A stretch of 64,000 nucleotides of DNA from Thermoanaerobaculia bacterium (GCA_963664405.1 OY761158.1:6304001-6368000); one strand, 5' to 3'; counted from the stretch's first letter, positions 50,552 through 61,719 are shown. The notes: generated by a model not told the origin, from the sequence alone. Made by a program: numbers and translations.

Positions 50552-52385
50552 ATGAGAAGAGTCTGCATTGCCGCGCTGACAATCAGCGCATTGGCTGCCA
50601 CCTATGCCGGAGCGGAGCGAAACGCTTACTTCGGTGATCTGCACATCCACACCCAGTTTTCGTTGGACGCGTTCACCTTCGGCACGCGCTCGTCGCCCGA
50701 CGACGCCTACAGGTATGCCCGTGGGGAGGCGATCAAACATCCCGTCGGCTTTGATATCCAGCTCGATCGCCCGCTCGATTTCTACGCCGTCACCGACCAC
50801 GGCTTCTATCTCGGCATGTGGTTGGCGATGATGGACCCTGAACATCCACTCCACAACGACCCCGAAGCCCGTCGCTATCTCGATTCGGACCAGGGAACGC
50901 TCGTCACCGGTGTAGGCCCCGACCTCACTACTGCCATCCAGTTTCTCCGGGACCATCCCGACCCGGGGGCCTCACGTCCGGCATGGCGGGAGACCATCGC
51001 GTCGGCGGAGCGAAACTACGAGCCGGGCAAGCTCACGACGTTCATCGCCTATGAATACACTTCATCGGACGCCGACGGCGGCAACCAACACCGCAACGTC
51101 ATTTTCCGCGGCTCGAAAGCGCCCGACCTGCCTTTCACTCGACTCGACTCGCCGAACCCCGAGGATCTCTGGGATTGGCTCGATGACTTGCGTGCGCGGG
51201 GCATCGAAGCGCTGGCGATTCCGCACAACTCGAACCAGAGCCGCGGTAATAAGTTCGCGCTCCAGCAGGTGTCGGGCGAGCCTTTCGACGCGGCGTACGC
51301 CCGGCTGCGGATGCGCAATGAGCCACTCGTCGAGATGACCCAGATCAAGGGCACTTCGGAGACACACCCCTTGCTCTCTCCCAACGACGAGTGGGCCGAC
51401 TTCGAGATCGAGTACCTCTCGCCCGAGGACTCGAACCTGAAGATCGTCCGTGGCAGCTATGTACGCGACGCCTACCTGACCGGTCTCGGGTTCGAGGAAA
51501 AGGAGGGCTTCAATCCCTACCGCTTCGGAATGATCGGCGCGAGCGACGGCCATAACGCGGGCTCGGCCTTCGAGGAGTCGAAATTCTTCAGCAAGCTCGG
51601 GCTCCACGATGGCAAGCCGGAGGGGCGCGGGTCGGTGCCCCCGGGGGGGGGCAAAGACCTGGGATGACGCCGCACTGACCGGGGGACCTAGTAGTGACAG
51701 GCCAGGAGGAGCGCCGAGCCGGAGGTCGACGTGGGGCGCTTCCGGCTTGGCCGGGGTATGGGCCGAGGAGAACACTCGCGAATCGATTTACGATGCGTTC
51801 CGCCGCAAAGAGACCTTCGCCACCACCGGACCGCGCATGCGTGTGCGCTTCTTCGGCAGCTACGACTTCGGCGACGATGCGCTCGAGAGCAGCGATCTGG
51901 TGGCCAAGGCCTACGAGCACGGCGTGCCGATGGGCGCCGACCTCCCAGCCCGGCGGCGTGGCGCGCCGCGGTTTCTCGTTTGGGCGGTGCAGGACCCCGA
52001 GTCCGCCAAGCTCCAGCGTGTGCAGGTGATCAAAGGCTGGATCGAGGACGGCGAGCCGCAGGAGCGGGTCTACGATGTCGCCTGCTCGGACGATCTCGAG
52101 GTCGATCCTGAGACCCACCGCTGCCCCGACAACGGCGCCGAGGTGAATCTCGCCGACTGCAGTGTCAGCGCCAACGTCGGTGCGGCGCAGCTCAAGACTC
52201 TATGGACCGATCCCGACTTCGACCGCCGTGAACGCGCCTTCTATTACGTGCGTGCCTTGGAGAATCCCACTTGCCGCTGGTCGACGTGGGATGCAATGCG
52301 TGCGGGCACGCCGCCTCGACCCGGTCTTGCGCTAACCCTTCAGGAGCGCGCCTTTTCGTCCCCAATTTGGTTGATACCACGATAG
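50552..52385 (+). pseudogene. DUF3604-like copy 4 with a +1 frameshift in G9 (51643-51651)
   Basis: Copy 3 has G8 at the homologous site (49820-49827); both halves are otherwise intact. Confidence 0.8.
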
Positions 52386-52445
52386 GCACAAAGCGGGTGG
52401 CGTTACCAGCCGCGGATCAACCCGTCCGACTTCCAGGAGATTGAG

Positions 52446-53612
52446 ATGAGCGATGCGATGATTCGTCAGAGAACCGCTGGCCTTGCGATTCCGGATTTAC
52501 CCAATTCCTCCTTCAACGTACCGCCGCCCCTCGCGGATGCGACCGTGGCGATCGTCACCAGCGCCGGTCTGCAGCGGCCGGGCGAGGAGATCTGGGGGGC
52601 GGGCGAGCAGAGCTTCCGTTCTTTCGGCTCGGAAGAGCGGGACCTGACGATCAGCCACCTGTCGAACAACTTCGATCGCTCCGGCATCGTCGCGGACCTC
52701 AATGTCGTCTATCCGATCGATCGGCTGGAGGAGCTGGCGGCCGATGGCGCCATCGGCCGCGTGGCTCCCCGCCACCTGAGCTTCATGGGTGCGCTCGACG
52801 AGACCATGGCGACGATTCGGGAGGACACGGGCATCGCGGCGGCGAAGCAGCTTCGCGAGGACGGCGTCGACATTGTGTTGCTCACGCCGGTGTGACCCCT
52901 CTGCACCCGGTCGATCGGTACGATCGCACACGTTCTCGAAGCCGAGGGTCTCACCACGGTAGTGCTGGCCCTCATCCGCGACCACGTCGAGCGCTTGAAG
53001 CCGCCACGCGCGCTCTACGTTCCCTTCCCTCTTGGCCGACCTCTCGGCAAGCCCGACGATCCGCCATTCCAGCGGTCGGTCATCGAAGCCGCCCTCGCTC
53101 TGACGACAGAGCAGGAAGGGCCGGTCCTCGTCGACTTTCCCATCGAGGTTGCCGACGGTGCGGCCGAGCCGCTGTCGTGTCCTCTACCACCGCGAGAGCA
53201 CGCCGAGCTGCCGGCGGCTGTGGATGAGGCGCTCGGCCTGCGAGCTGCCTACAGGCGCAATCTGGAGACGTCAGGTCGTACTCTTGTCGGCCGGGCTATC
53301 TCCGCCGACGAGGTGACCCGGGCGATCGAGGCCTTCATTGCCATCGCGGGTGGCGAATCTTGGAAGGAACAGGGCCTCCAAGGGCACCCTCTGCTGTGGT
53401 CACGCGACATCACCAGCTACTACGAGGAGGCCGCTGCCAGCCTCGCCGATCACGTGCCGGCCGCGCGGGCTGCCGAGACCTGGTTCTATCAGAAGACGGA
53501 AGCCGGCAAGGTCCTACTCGAGGCGCGGGCGAAGCTGAAAGAGGCGGGGGAGCCCTTCTGGTTCTACCTCGTTCCTTTCACCCAAGATCTCGAGCTCGGC
53601 AGCCCCGGGTGA
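52446..53612 (+). CDS. Selenoprotein: GrdB/PrdB-like with C-terminal extension
   Basis: ORFs 52446-52895 and 52962-53612 are in frame. TGA 52893-52895 gives LLTPV-U-PLCTRSIGTIAHVLEAEG; hairpin CGATCG-GTA-CGATCG 52912-52926; PFPLGRPLG. Confidence 0.92.
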
Positions 53613-53627
53613 GACGCCGAAGAGGAC

Positions 53628-55160
53628 GTGGATAGCACAATTCACATCCGTGTTGCGGATCTGGTGGTCATCTTTCTTTACCTGGCGGGCCTGGCAGCGC
53701 TGGGAATCTACTTTTCGCGGCGGAACAAGACGACGGACCAGTATTTCCTGGGAGATCGGAATTTTCCCGGCTGGGCGATCGGGCTTTCGCTGGTCGGAAC
53801 CTCGATCAGCTCAGTGACCTTTCTGGCCCATCCGGCGGCGGCATACGCGCTGGATTGGCGCCAGTTTCACTCTAACTGGGCAGCGCCGGTTGGCGCGCTG
53901 CTGGCCGTTGTTTTTTTCATCCCCATCTTCCGGCAAAAAGGCCGCACCACGGCCTTCGAATATCTGGAAGAACGATTCGGTCCCGTGGCTCGGCTGTACG
54001 GAGCGATCAGTTTTATCGGCATTCAGGTCGTTCGCACCAGTTCCATACTCTATCTGGTGGCAATTCCTATCAGCGTCTTGACCGGGCTGGACGTAGTCTG
54101 GGTGATCGTAATCAGCGGTGTTTTTATCGGCTTCTATACAGTCGCGGGCGGGATTGCCGCCGTTATATGGACGGACGTCACTCAGACGATCATCCTGATC
54201 GCGGGAGGCGCCATCTGTTTGGCAATCATTGCCTGGGATTTGCCCGGCGGCTTGGTGGAAATTGTCAGCGTAGCCAACGCCCATGACAAATTCAGCCCGG
54301 GTTCGATGGCGTTCAGCCTCAGCGAAAGGACTTTTCCCACCGTCGTTTTCTTGGGATTGTTCATTTTTCTAACCAGCTACGCATCGAACCAAAGTATTGT
54401 GCAGCGTTACATGGCGGCTTCTTCCCTAGTCGAAGCACGCAAGGCGACCTTGATCTCCGCCGGGCTCAGCTTGCCGATCTGGGCCTCGTTTTTCTTCTTG
54501 GGCACATCGCTGTTTGTGTACTACAACGTCTTCCCGGACCAAGCCGTCGCCAAATTGGAACCGGATCAGGTGTTTCCTCATTTCATGTTCACGCAGCTGC
54601 CCCCCGGTGTCGCGGGGCTGATCGTCGCGGCGGTGCTGTCGGCCGCCATGTCGTCACTCGACTCGAGCATTAACGCCAGTGCCATGGTCGGGGTTACAGA
54701 CCTTGTGAAACGATATTTTGCTCCCCATCGCAAGGACGAGTACTACCTGAAGATAGGCTGGGCCCTCTCGGTTGCCTCCGCAATCCTGATGATTGGAGGC
54801 GCGATCGTGTTCCATAGCCTGCCGAAAGAAACGATCTTCGACCAAGTACTGATCGCCAGCTCTCTCTTCGGAGGCTGCCTGATGGGCATGTTTTTCATGG
54901 GATTTTTCACAACGCGGGTAGGATACCAGGCCGTCTTGGCCGCCTTGCTCGTGGCACTTCTAGTACATTTCTATCTGGTGCTGAACACGATGCACATCTT
55001 GCCGGCATCGCTACGATTGCAAATCCATGACTATTGGGTCGGCATGTTGGTAAATTTGGCTTTCGCACCGGCAGCCTATCTGTTGAGTTTTGCTTTTGGT
55101 CGACCTAGGTCCAAACTGGAGGGGTTGACCGTGTGGACACAAAGAAGTGGGCCTTCCTAG
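53628..55160 (+). CDS. Sodium:solute symporter
   Basis: SISSVTFL, TAFEYLEERFG, AVIWTD, AAMSSLDSSIN. Confidence 0.92.
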   Translation: MDSTIHIRVADLVVIFLYLAGLAALGIYFSRRNKTTDQYFLGDRNFPGWAIGLSLVGTSISSVTFLAHPAAAYALDWRQFHSNWAAPVGALLAVVFFIPIFRQKGRTTAFEYLEERFGPVARLYGAISFIGIQVVRTSSILYLVAIPISVLTGLDVVWVIVISGVFIGFYTVAGGIAAVIWTDVTQTIILIAGGAICLAIIAWDLPGGLVEIVSVANAHDKFSPGSMAFSLSERTFPTVVFLGLFIFLTSYASNQSIVQRYMAASSLVEARKATLISAGLSLPIWASFFFLGTSLFVYYNVFPDQAVAKLEPDQVFPHFMFTQLPPGVAGLIVAAVLSAAMSSLDSSINASAMVGVTDLVKRYFAPHRKDEYYLKIGWALSVASAILMIGGAIVFHSLPKETIFDQVLIASSLFGGCLMGMFFMGFFTTRVGYQAVLAALLVALLVHFYLVLNTMHILPASLRLQIHDYWVGMLVNLAFAPAAYLLSFAFGRPRSKLEGLTVWTQRSGPS

Positions 55161-55203
55161 CGACGGAGACTTGCCGACTACGCCCCAGGCTGGCCGACCG
55201 CGC

Positions 55204-56931
55204 CTATCTTCCGTCTTGTGCAGCCACCGACTTCAGAATCGCCTCCAGCTCTCCCAGGTCGGTCCCGCCGTCGCCGTTGCCGTCGATGAGAGCAAAGTTC
55301 TGCTTCAACGCACCCTGTGCTTCGCTCTCGCTGATCTTCTTGTCGCTGTCTGTATCTAGCGTAGACAGGATTGACAGAGCCCGATCCGCAGAGGGCGATG
55401 CTTGCGATTGCCCACCTTGAGGCTCGGCCATGGTGGCGTTCCACTTGTCCCACAGAGCCTTCAGCTCTTCGACCTTGTCGGTCTCGCTCGCGGCGAGGTC
55501 ACGGGTTTCGCCAATGTCGTCGCTCAAATTGTACAGCCGGTGCGGGGTGAGCGACGGGTTGTCCGTGCGATGCACATCCCCTTCGTCGATCTTGTTCATG
55601 TACCTCACCAGCTTCCAGTCTCCCTGGCGAACGGCCATCTGTCCGACCGTGCGCCAATAAAGCGCGTCGTGGGGTGGAGCGGTGGATCGATTCTCGAGTT
55701 GGGGCAGAAGGTTCACCCCGTCGAGCTTCCAGTCCGGCTCCGCTTCGACTCCCGCCGCGGCCAGCGCCGTCGGCAGAATGTCCAATTGGATCACCGGCTG
55801 ATCGTAAACCTCACCGGCCGGCAGATGTCCTTTCCACGAAACGACGAACGGCACGCGGATACCGCCCTCGAGCGTGGTTCCTTTCGAACCGCGGAGCGGC
55901 GTGTTGCGTGAGGCGTTGTACGCAAACTTATGGATGGTTGGCCCGCCATTGTCGCTGAGAAAGAAGATCAACGTGTCCTCTTCCAAGTCGGCTTGTTTCA
56001 ATTTATCGATCACCCGTCCAATGGCATCATCCATTGCCAGCGTCATCGCGGCATAGGTGCGCCGGACCGGATCCTGGATGGCCGCGAACTTTGCCAACCG
56101 CACATCGTCAGCGTGCATCGGCGTGTGCACCGCGTTGAACGACAGGTACAAGAAGAACGGAACGTCCTGGTGTCGCTCGATAAACGAAACCGCCTCGCGA
56201 CCGAACGCATCGGTCAGGTACCCCGGTTCCTCAACCGACTCGGTACCGCGAAGAATTTTCCCCTCCATGCGGCTTCCAACGTCCTCTCCGGCCCCCGTGC
56301 GATCTGGGAAGGGGATGCTCGGCAATCCGTTCTGGTAGCTGTGCCCGCCGCCCAAGAACCCGAAGAGCTCATCAAAGCCTCGTTGTTGCGGATGAAAGTC
56401 GGGCGTGGTTCCCAAATGCCATTTCCCAACCATGCCGGTGGCATACCCGGCTGCCCGCAGACGATCCGCAATCGTGGTTTCCGACAAAGGCAAACTCATA
56501 ATAGGCCGGCCCGGGTCGGGCCTCCAATCGTCGAGTGATAAGCCTCCGACCCCGCGGGCGGGTGGTTCGTGCGCCCAGCGTTCTTGATATCGCCCGGTCA
56601 AGAGGCCGGCCCGGGTCGGGCTGCACCAGCTTGCCGACACATAACCGCTGGTAAACCGCACGCCGCTTCGGGCCAACGCGTCCAGATTTGGTGTGGGAAT
56701 GTCCCGGACTCCCTGGAAACCAAGGTCGCCATATCCCAAGTCGTCGGCCATGATGATCAAGATATTCGGCTTGCGCTCCGCAGCAGCCACCAGCGACGTC
56801 ATCAAGCACAGCACCGTCGCCACCATGATGAGTCGTGGCCCGTACTGGGACAGCCGTTGCATAGTTAGTCGGCGGGAGAATTGCCCCAGCGCGTCACAGA
56901 TCATTCGCCTATCGGTTCGTATGTTTGGCAT
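55204..56931 (-). CDS. Cys-type arylsulfatase with C-terminal EF-hand pair
   Basis: ADDLGYGD, CSPTRAGLLTG, GKWHLG, SDNGG; DTDSDKKISESE / DGNGDGGTDLGE. Confidence 0.92.
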   Translation of the reverse strand: MPNIRTDRRMICDALGQFSRRLTMQRLSQYGPRLIMVATVLCLMTSLVAAAERKPNILIIMADDLGYGDLGFQGVRDIPTPNLDALARSGVRFTSGYVSASWCSPTRAGLLTGRYQERWAHEPPARGVGGLSLDDWRPDPGRPIMSLPLSETTIADRLRAAGYATGMVGKWHLGTTPDFHPQQRGFDELFGFLGGGHSYQNGLPSIPFPDRTGAGEDVGSRMEGKILRGTESVEEPGYLTDAFGREAVSFIERHQDVPFFLYLSFNAVHTPMHADDVRLAKFAAIQDPVRRTYAAMTLAMDDAIGRVIDKLKQADLEEDTLIFFLSDNGGPTIHKFAYNASRNTPLRGSKGTTLEGGIRVPFVVSWKGHLPAGEVYDQPVIQLDILPTALAAAGVEAEPDWKLDGVNLLPQLENRSTAPPHDALYWRTVGQMAVRQGDWKLVRYMNKIDEGDVHRTDNPSLTPHRLYNLSDDIGETRDLAASETDKVEELKALWDKWNATMAEPQGGQSQASPSADRALSILSTLDTDSDKKISESEAQGALKQNFALIDGNGDGGTDLGELEAILKSVAAQDGR

Positions 56932-56981
56932 CTAGAGAGCGTGTCCTTTTAGTTATAGTTAGTCACGTGAATTACAGTCGC

Positions 56982-58139
56982 CTATCGCGAGGACATCATT
57001 TCCAGAACTTGCGTCAGCTCATCGAGATCGATTCCGCCATCGCCGTTGGCGTCGAGCATCGCGAAGTTGGCTTTCATATCGTCGACCGCTTCGTCCTCGC
57101 TGATCTTGCCGTCCTTATCGGAGTCGAGCGAGCTGAGGATGAACGGTGCTCGACCGGCGTCTAAGGACTGTTGGGGGCCTGCCGGTGAGAGATTACCCGG
57201 CGTCGGTGGATTTGCCGTCAAGTCAATACGGTCCTTGAGTCTGAGGGTGTACTCGTCTTCGATTGCGGCGGCGTGGTGATGTCCGAAATCGCTTGCACCG
57301 ATTTTCTGGACTACGTCCTTAAATGCGCGATGACTGGGAAATTTAAGCATGCGATAGTCGCTCCACGTGCGGCCATCGCCGAGGATTACGCCATCAACCT
57401 CAGCCCTCAGCATGGGCACGCCGCCCGCCGCATGGAGAATTCCCTCGACGGACTTCTCGAACAGCTCCATCGCTTCGCGGCCGCTGCGTTTCGGCTCGTT
57501 ACTGCCGGCGGGGTACTGGGCCACATCGCGATACTTGACGAGATGGAAATACGTGAACGGTTGATCCCCGGCAGTCGCCGGATAGGGGATATCCTTCGCG
57601 GCGAGGGGCGTCCTGTTAGAAAACGTCCACGGTTCCGGTATCGTCACTATGATCTGGGCTTCCTCTAAGCTGGCGCTTTTATGTTGGGCTGTATTCCTCC
57701 AGTCTGAACTCGAGGACATTCCCATCAACTTCGCGCGGCTCGGATACATGACGATGCCAACCGTGTCCCGAGCCGGGCCCTTTCCGACCAGCTGCTCTAT
57801 GACCGTACCGCCATAAACGAGCCCGCCGCCCGCTTTCGCAACTTCCGGCAGCGGATCGTAGAGCTGACCGGCTTCTCGTCCGCTCAATCCGGTCTCCCGA
57901 GCGTCGTCATACTCGGCCTTTTCCCGATACTTATTGACGTTGAGCATGTAGAACATGTTGTCGTCCTCGGGCGCAACCGCCATGAAGCTCGCCGAGTCGG
58001 GATTCGGCGTGCCGTAGCTGGGACCGCCGGGCCGGCGTTGCGCACCCGCTGCAGGAGAGAACATGAAAGCGGCTACTGCCGTGAGAACGAGCCCTGCCAT
58101 CTGGCGTGAATTGATGATCTTCGCTAAGTCGATACTCAT
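56982..58139 (-). CDS. Exported tandem DUF1330-like protein with C-terminal EF-hand pair
   Basis: MLNVNKYREKAEY, IVMYPSR; DSDKDGKISEDE, DANGDGGIDLDE. Confidence 0.75.
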   Translation of the reverse strand: MSIDLAKIINSRQMAGLVLTAVAAFMFSPAAGAQRRPGGPSYGTPNPDSASFMAVAPEDDNMFYMLNVNKYREKAEYDDARETGLSGREAGQLYDPLPEVAKAGGGLVYGGTVIEQLVGKGPARDTVGIVMYPSRAKLMGMSSSSDWRNTAQHKSASLEEAQIIVTIPEPWTFSNRTPLAAKDIPYPATAGDQPFTYFHLVKYRDVAQYPAGSNEPKRSGREAMELFEKSVEGILHAAGGVPMLRAEVDGVILGDGRTWSDYRMLKFPSHRAFKDVVQKIGASDFGHHHAAAIEDEYTLRLKDRIDLTANPPTPGNLSPAGPQQSLDAGRAPFILSSLDSDKDGKISEDEAVDDMKANFAMLDANGDGGIDLDELTQVLEMMSSR

Positions 58140-58252
58140 GATGCCTTCTCCTATGCGTACACGACGTTCTTCGGACATTTCCGCACGATCGCGTACATTG
58201 ACACATAAACCTGCTATTGTCACCGGGAGTGACAAATAGGTGAAGCAGGCGG

Positions 58253-58301
58253 CCTCCTCTTTTCTGAGCTAATCGCGAGGCCCGTAGTGCGGCGCGGCGC
58301 C
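58253..58301 (-). repeat. 49-bp inverted copy of the 3' end and downstream region of the beta-helix gene (20519-20567)
   Basis: 48/49 identical; encodes APHYGPRD* followed by CTCAGAAAAGAGGAGG. Confidence 0.85.
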
Positions 58302-58397
58302 AATGTCGTTTTGACTCGGCCCGAACATACTAGAGGTCTGTTCCATCGAAATACGAGGCCACGGCTCCGGCCGCGATCGCCCGACAGGAGATGCCCG

Positions 58398-59417
58398 ATG
58401 AAGAACCAGATCACCCTCCTCACTCTCTGCGCACTGACCACGCTTGCGACCTTCGCCGCCGACATTCCGCGTACAGCGAGCGGTAGGCCGGATCTTTCCG
58501 GTAACTACGATCTGGCGAGTCTCACTCCGATGGAGCGCGCTTCGCGCTTTGGCGACCGGCTCTTCTTGACTCGAGAAGAGGCGGAGCAGATGGCCGAGAA
58601 CGCGGCGAAGTTTCGCCGCTCGCGCGCGGAGGCCAGCGATCCGGAGCGCGGCGCGCCTCCCGCCGGCGGCGACGGATCGCCCGGACCCGCGGGCGACGTC
58701 GGTGGCTACAACTTCTTCTGGATCGACAACGGTAGCGAAGCCTTCTCGATCGACGGCAAGTTTCGCACCTCGATCCTCACCGACCCGCCCAACGGACGCC
58801 TGCCGCCGCTGTCCGCAGCCGGCAAGGAGCGCCGCAAAGACCTCCATCCCTACGCCTACAAGAACACCGGCGATGCCTGGTGGCTCGAGACCGGAGACGA
58901 CCCCTACGACGGGCCGGAGACACTGTCACTGGTGGATCGCTGCCTCTATTTGTCGCCCGCCGCCCTGCCGGCGCGCCCGGTCGCCTACAACAACATCAAG
59001 ACCGTCGTGCAGACCGACACCCACGTGAGCATCCTGGTCGAGTGGATGCATTGGGCGCGCATCATCCGGCTAGACTCCAAGCATCCGCCGGAGGACATCC
59101 GCTCTCTGGGCGGCGACTCGATCGGCTGGTGGGAGGGCGACACGCTGGTGGTCGACACCACCAACTTCCTCGCCGTCCCCGGAACGCCTCGCGAGGGCCT
59201 GCACATCGTCGAGCGTTTCTCGCGCACCGCGGGTGGGTTGCACTACCAATTCACGGTCAACGACCCCGACTACACGGCTCCTTATACCGGCGAGCTGCTG
59301 TGGCCGCAGACCGAGGACAGACTCTTCGAGTATGCGTGCCACGAGGGCAACTACGCCATGGGCAACATCCTCCGAGGAGCGAGACTGCTCGAGCGCGAGA
59401 CGCTGGAAAAGCCATGA
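58398..59417 (+). CDS. Exported hypothetical protein (PRTxxGxPDLSG ... EYACHEGN family)
   Basis: Signal peptide; GDSIGWWEGDTLVVDTTNF. Confidence 0.8.
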   Translation: MKNQITLLTLCALTTLATFAADIPRTASGRPDLSGNYDLASLTPMERASRFGDRLFLTREEAEQMAENAAKFRRSRAEASDPERGAPPAGGDGSPGPAGDVGGYNFFWIDNGSEAFSIDGKFRTSILTDPPNGRLPPLSAAGKERRKDLHPYAYKNTGDAWWLETGDDPYDGPETLSLVDRCLYLSPAALPARPVAYNNIKTVVQTDTHVSILVEWMHWARIIRLDSKHPPEDIRSLGGDSIGWWEGDTLVVDTTNFLAVPGTPREGLHIVERFSRTAGGLHYQFTVNDPDYTAPYTGELLWPQTEDRLFEYACHEGNYAMGNILRGARLLERETLEKP

Positions 59418-59645
59418 AGTGCTCGAGGTCGAGGTCCCTGGTTGTCGCCGTCGTCGCGGCCTGGGTCGCATCGGTTGGCAGCGCGCATTCGGAACAGAAA
59501 CCGCCGTCGGTGGATGAACGGGAACGGGTAAACGGGTAGGAAAGGCAATCCACTACGGTGCAGGCAGAGGCGATGGAGTGGGCCCTTCGGGGAATGAGTG
59601 CCGTCGAGCTCGGCGGTCGCCCGGCCCAGATCGAAGAGCTCGACG

Positions 59646-61602
59646 ATGATGCCACGGAAGACGACAGCCCGTGACCTGCTGCGCCACGTGGCCGCCGGCC
59701 TGGTCGCTGCCTCGGTCGTCGGGGGAGCGACAGGCCTGGCGCTCACGCTTCGGGCGGCAACCCTGGAATTGTCCGACTTGCTCTTCGGTGGCGAGGGTCC
59801 CTGGGCCATCCTGGCGGCGTTCCTGGGTGCGACACTCTCTCTGTTGCTGATCGCGATCCTCTCGCCCATCGTGCTGATCATCGGCGGCCTGGGAAACAGA
59901 ATCCCGTGGATCGGAGCCCTGCGACCCGCCTGGACCTACTCGTTTGTCTGCATCGCAGCGCTGCTCTTTCTGCACGGGGCTTTCGTTGTGGTCTTCAACG
60001 TCGTACGTGACGCATCGAGCCCGCGGGGGCTCGTGCTGCTGGGATCCCTGTTCCTGGTGTGCGGCCTCGGCGCCGTCTCCTTGTCCATTCTGATGCGGCG
60101 ACGAGCACCATTCGAGGACGGGCCGCCTGCTCGGCGGGATCTGCTGGCGTTGCCCGGGCTTGCGGCCCTGGCCTTGATCTCCTGGGGCTCTTTTTCATGG
60201 CTTGGATCGGAGTCCGCGACCGCAGTCCGAGTGGTGCTGACTTCCCCGCTGGTGAAGAGCACGAGTGACCTCGCCCGAGCTCCAGACGTGATCCTGATAT
60301 CGATCGACACCCTGCGGGCCGATCATCTGAGCTGTTCTGGCTACGACCGGTCCACCACTCCGAACCTCGACTGGCTCGCCGCGGGGGGGGGCGCGCTTTC
60401 CCAGGATGCGCAGCAGCGCGCCCTGGACGCTGCCCTCGCACGCTTCGATGATGACGGGCCTCTACCCCTCGACCCCCGGCGCGCGCTTCTACTCCAACTT
60501 CAGCTTTCTGCGCACGGGCACCTCTGTGCGCCTGGGTGAGGAATTCGAGACGGTCGCCGAGTCCCTCGTGAACATTGGATTCGACAGCGCGGCGTTCACG
60601 ACCGCCACCTGGCTGAGCAGGAGCTTCGGCGTAGTGCAAGGCTTCGAGAACCTGGATACCCAGCTCGAGAGCCCGTCCAACCTGGTCGTGGATCGTGCCT
60701 TGAAGTGGCTCGACGACAGGGGGAATCGGCCCCTGTTCCTCTTTCTACACCTCTTCGACGTGCACGATTACACGTCCCCCCCGGAATTCGAGGCCCTCTA
60801 TGTCGATCCGGACTACGACGGAGTGTTGAGAGGCCGTGCTCGATCGATGATGTCCAATTCCTACGACGAATTGAGTCGAGAGGACCTGGCCTATGCCGTC
60901 GATCAATACGACGCGGCACTGCGGTTCGTGGACGCAGAGCTGGGCCGACTCTTCGCCGGGTTGCGGACGCGTGGGCGCTTCGAGAACGCGCTGATCATCG
61001 TGACCTCCGATCACGGCGAGGAGTTTTGGGAGCATGGCGGCAGCGGCCACGGATTCACGCTTTACGACGATCAGTTGCGCGTCCCGCTGATCGTCAAGCC
61101 GCCCGCGAATGAGGTGGTCACGGTCTCCGTGCCGCAGATGCTCGCGTCGACCGTCGATCTAGCTCCGACGATTCTCGACTATGCCGGGGTCGCGAGTGCG
61201 AAGGAGCGCTTCGAGGGCATTTCCCTCAGACCGGCAATAGAGGGTGGAGATCTGCCACCGAGGCGAAGCGTCTTCGCGGAGACCACCTACTTCTTCAACA
61301 CTTACGCGGTCGTCGAGGAGAGCCACAAGTACATTCACAACCGTGTGCCATCACCCATGCTGGCTGAGCCCGCGCTGCTGCTCTCCAACATTCGCTCGTT
61401 CTACAAGTTTCGCGGATCGGAGCTGTACGACTTGAGCGTGGATCCCGATGAGCTGGAGAATCGCGAAGGGGCCGCGGACTCCCTCGAAGCGAGCCTTCGT
61501 GACCAGCTGCTCGACCACGTATCCCGAATGCAGCGGGTGCAGGCGATGGACCTCAGCGAGAAGCTGCGTCAGCAACTGCGAGCGCTGGGCTACGTCGAGT
61601 GA
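59646..61602 (+). pseudogene. Membrane-anchored sulfatase-like hydrolase, frameshifted at G9 (60383-60391)
   Basis: TM helices, SIDTLRADHL, then other-frame SAPWTLPSHASMMTG, SDHGEE, LRALGY; G8 would restore the frame. Confidence 0.8.
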
Positions 61603-61719
61603 ATTCGTGAGGTGCCCTGGAATCCTCGCACTCTTTGTGCAAACCACCTCCGGTCGCCTCGTGCGCATAGCGCGCAGCTCCGTTAGTGTTAAAGGCACAC
61701 CGCTACAATGGAGGTCGCG

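Noticed and set aside
46903-52385. Diversity-generating retroelement driving DUF3604 variation
   Set aside because: No reverse transcriptase; differences include indels and are not adenine-specific
59414-59674. Short signal-peptide ORF with internal TAG at 59537-59539
   Set aside because: No recognisable family; probably a decayed fragment, insufficient for a recoding claim
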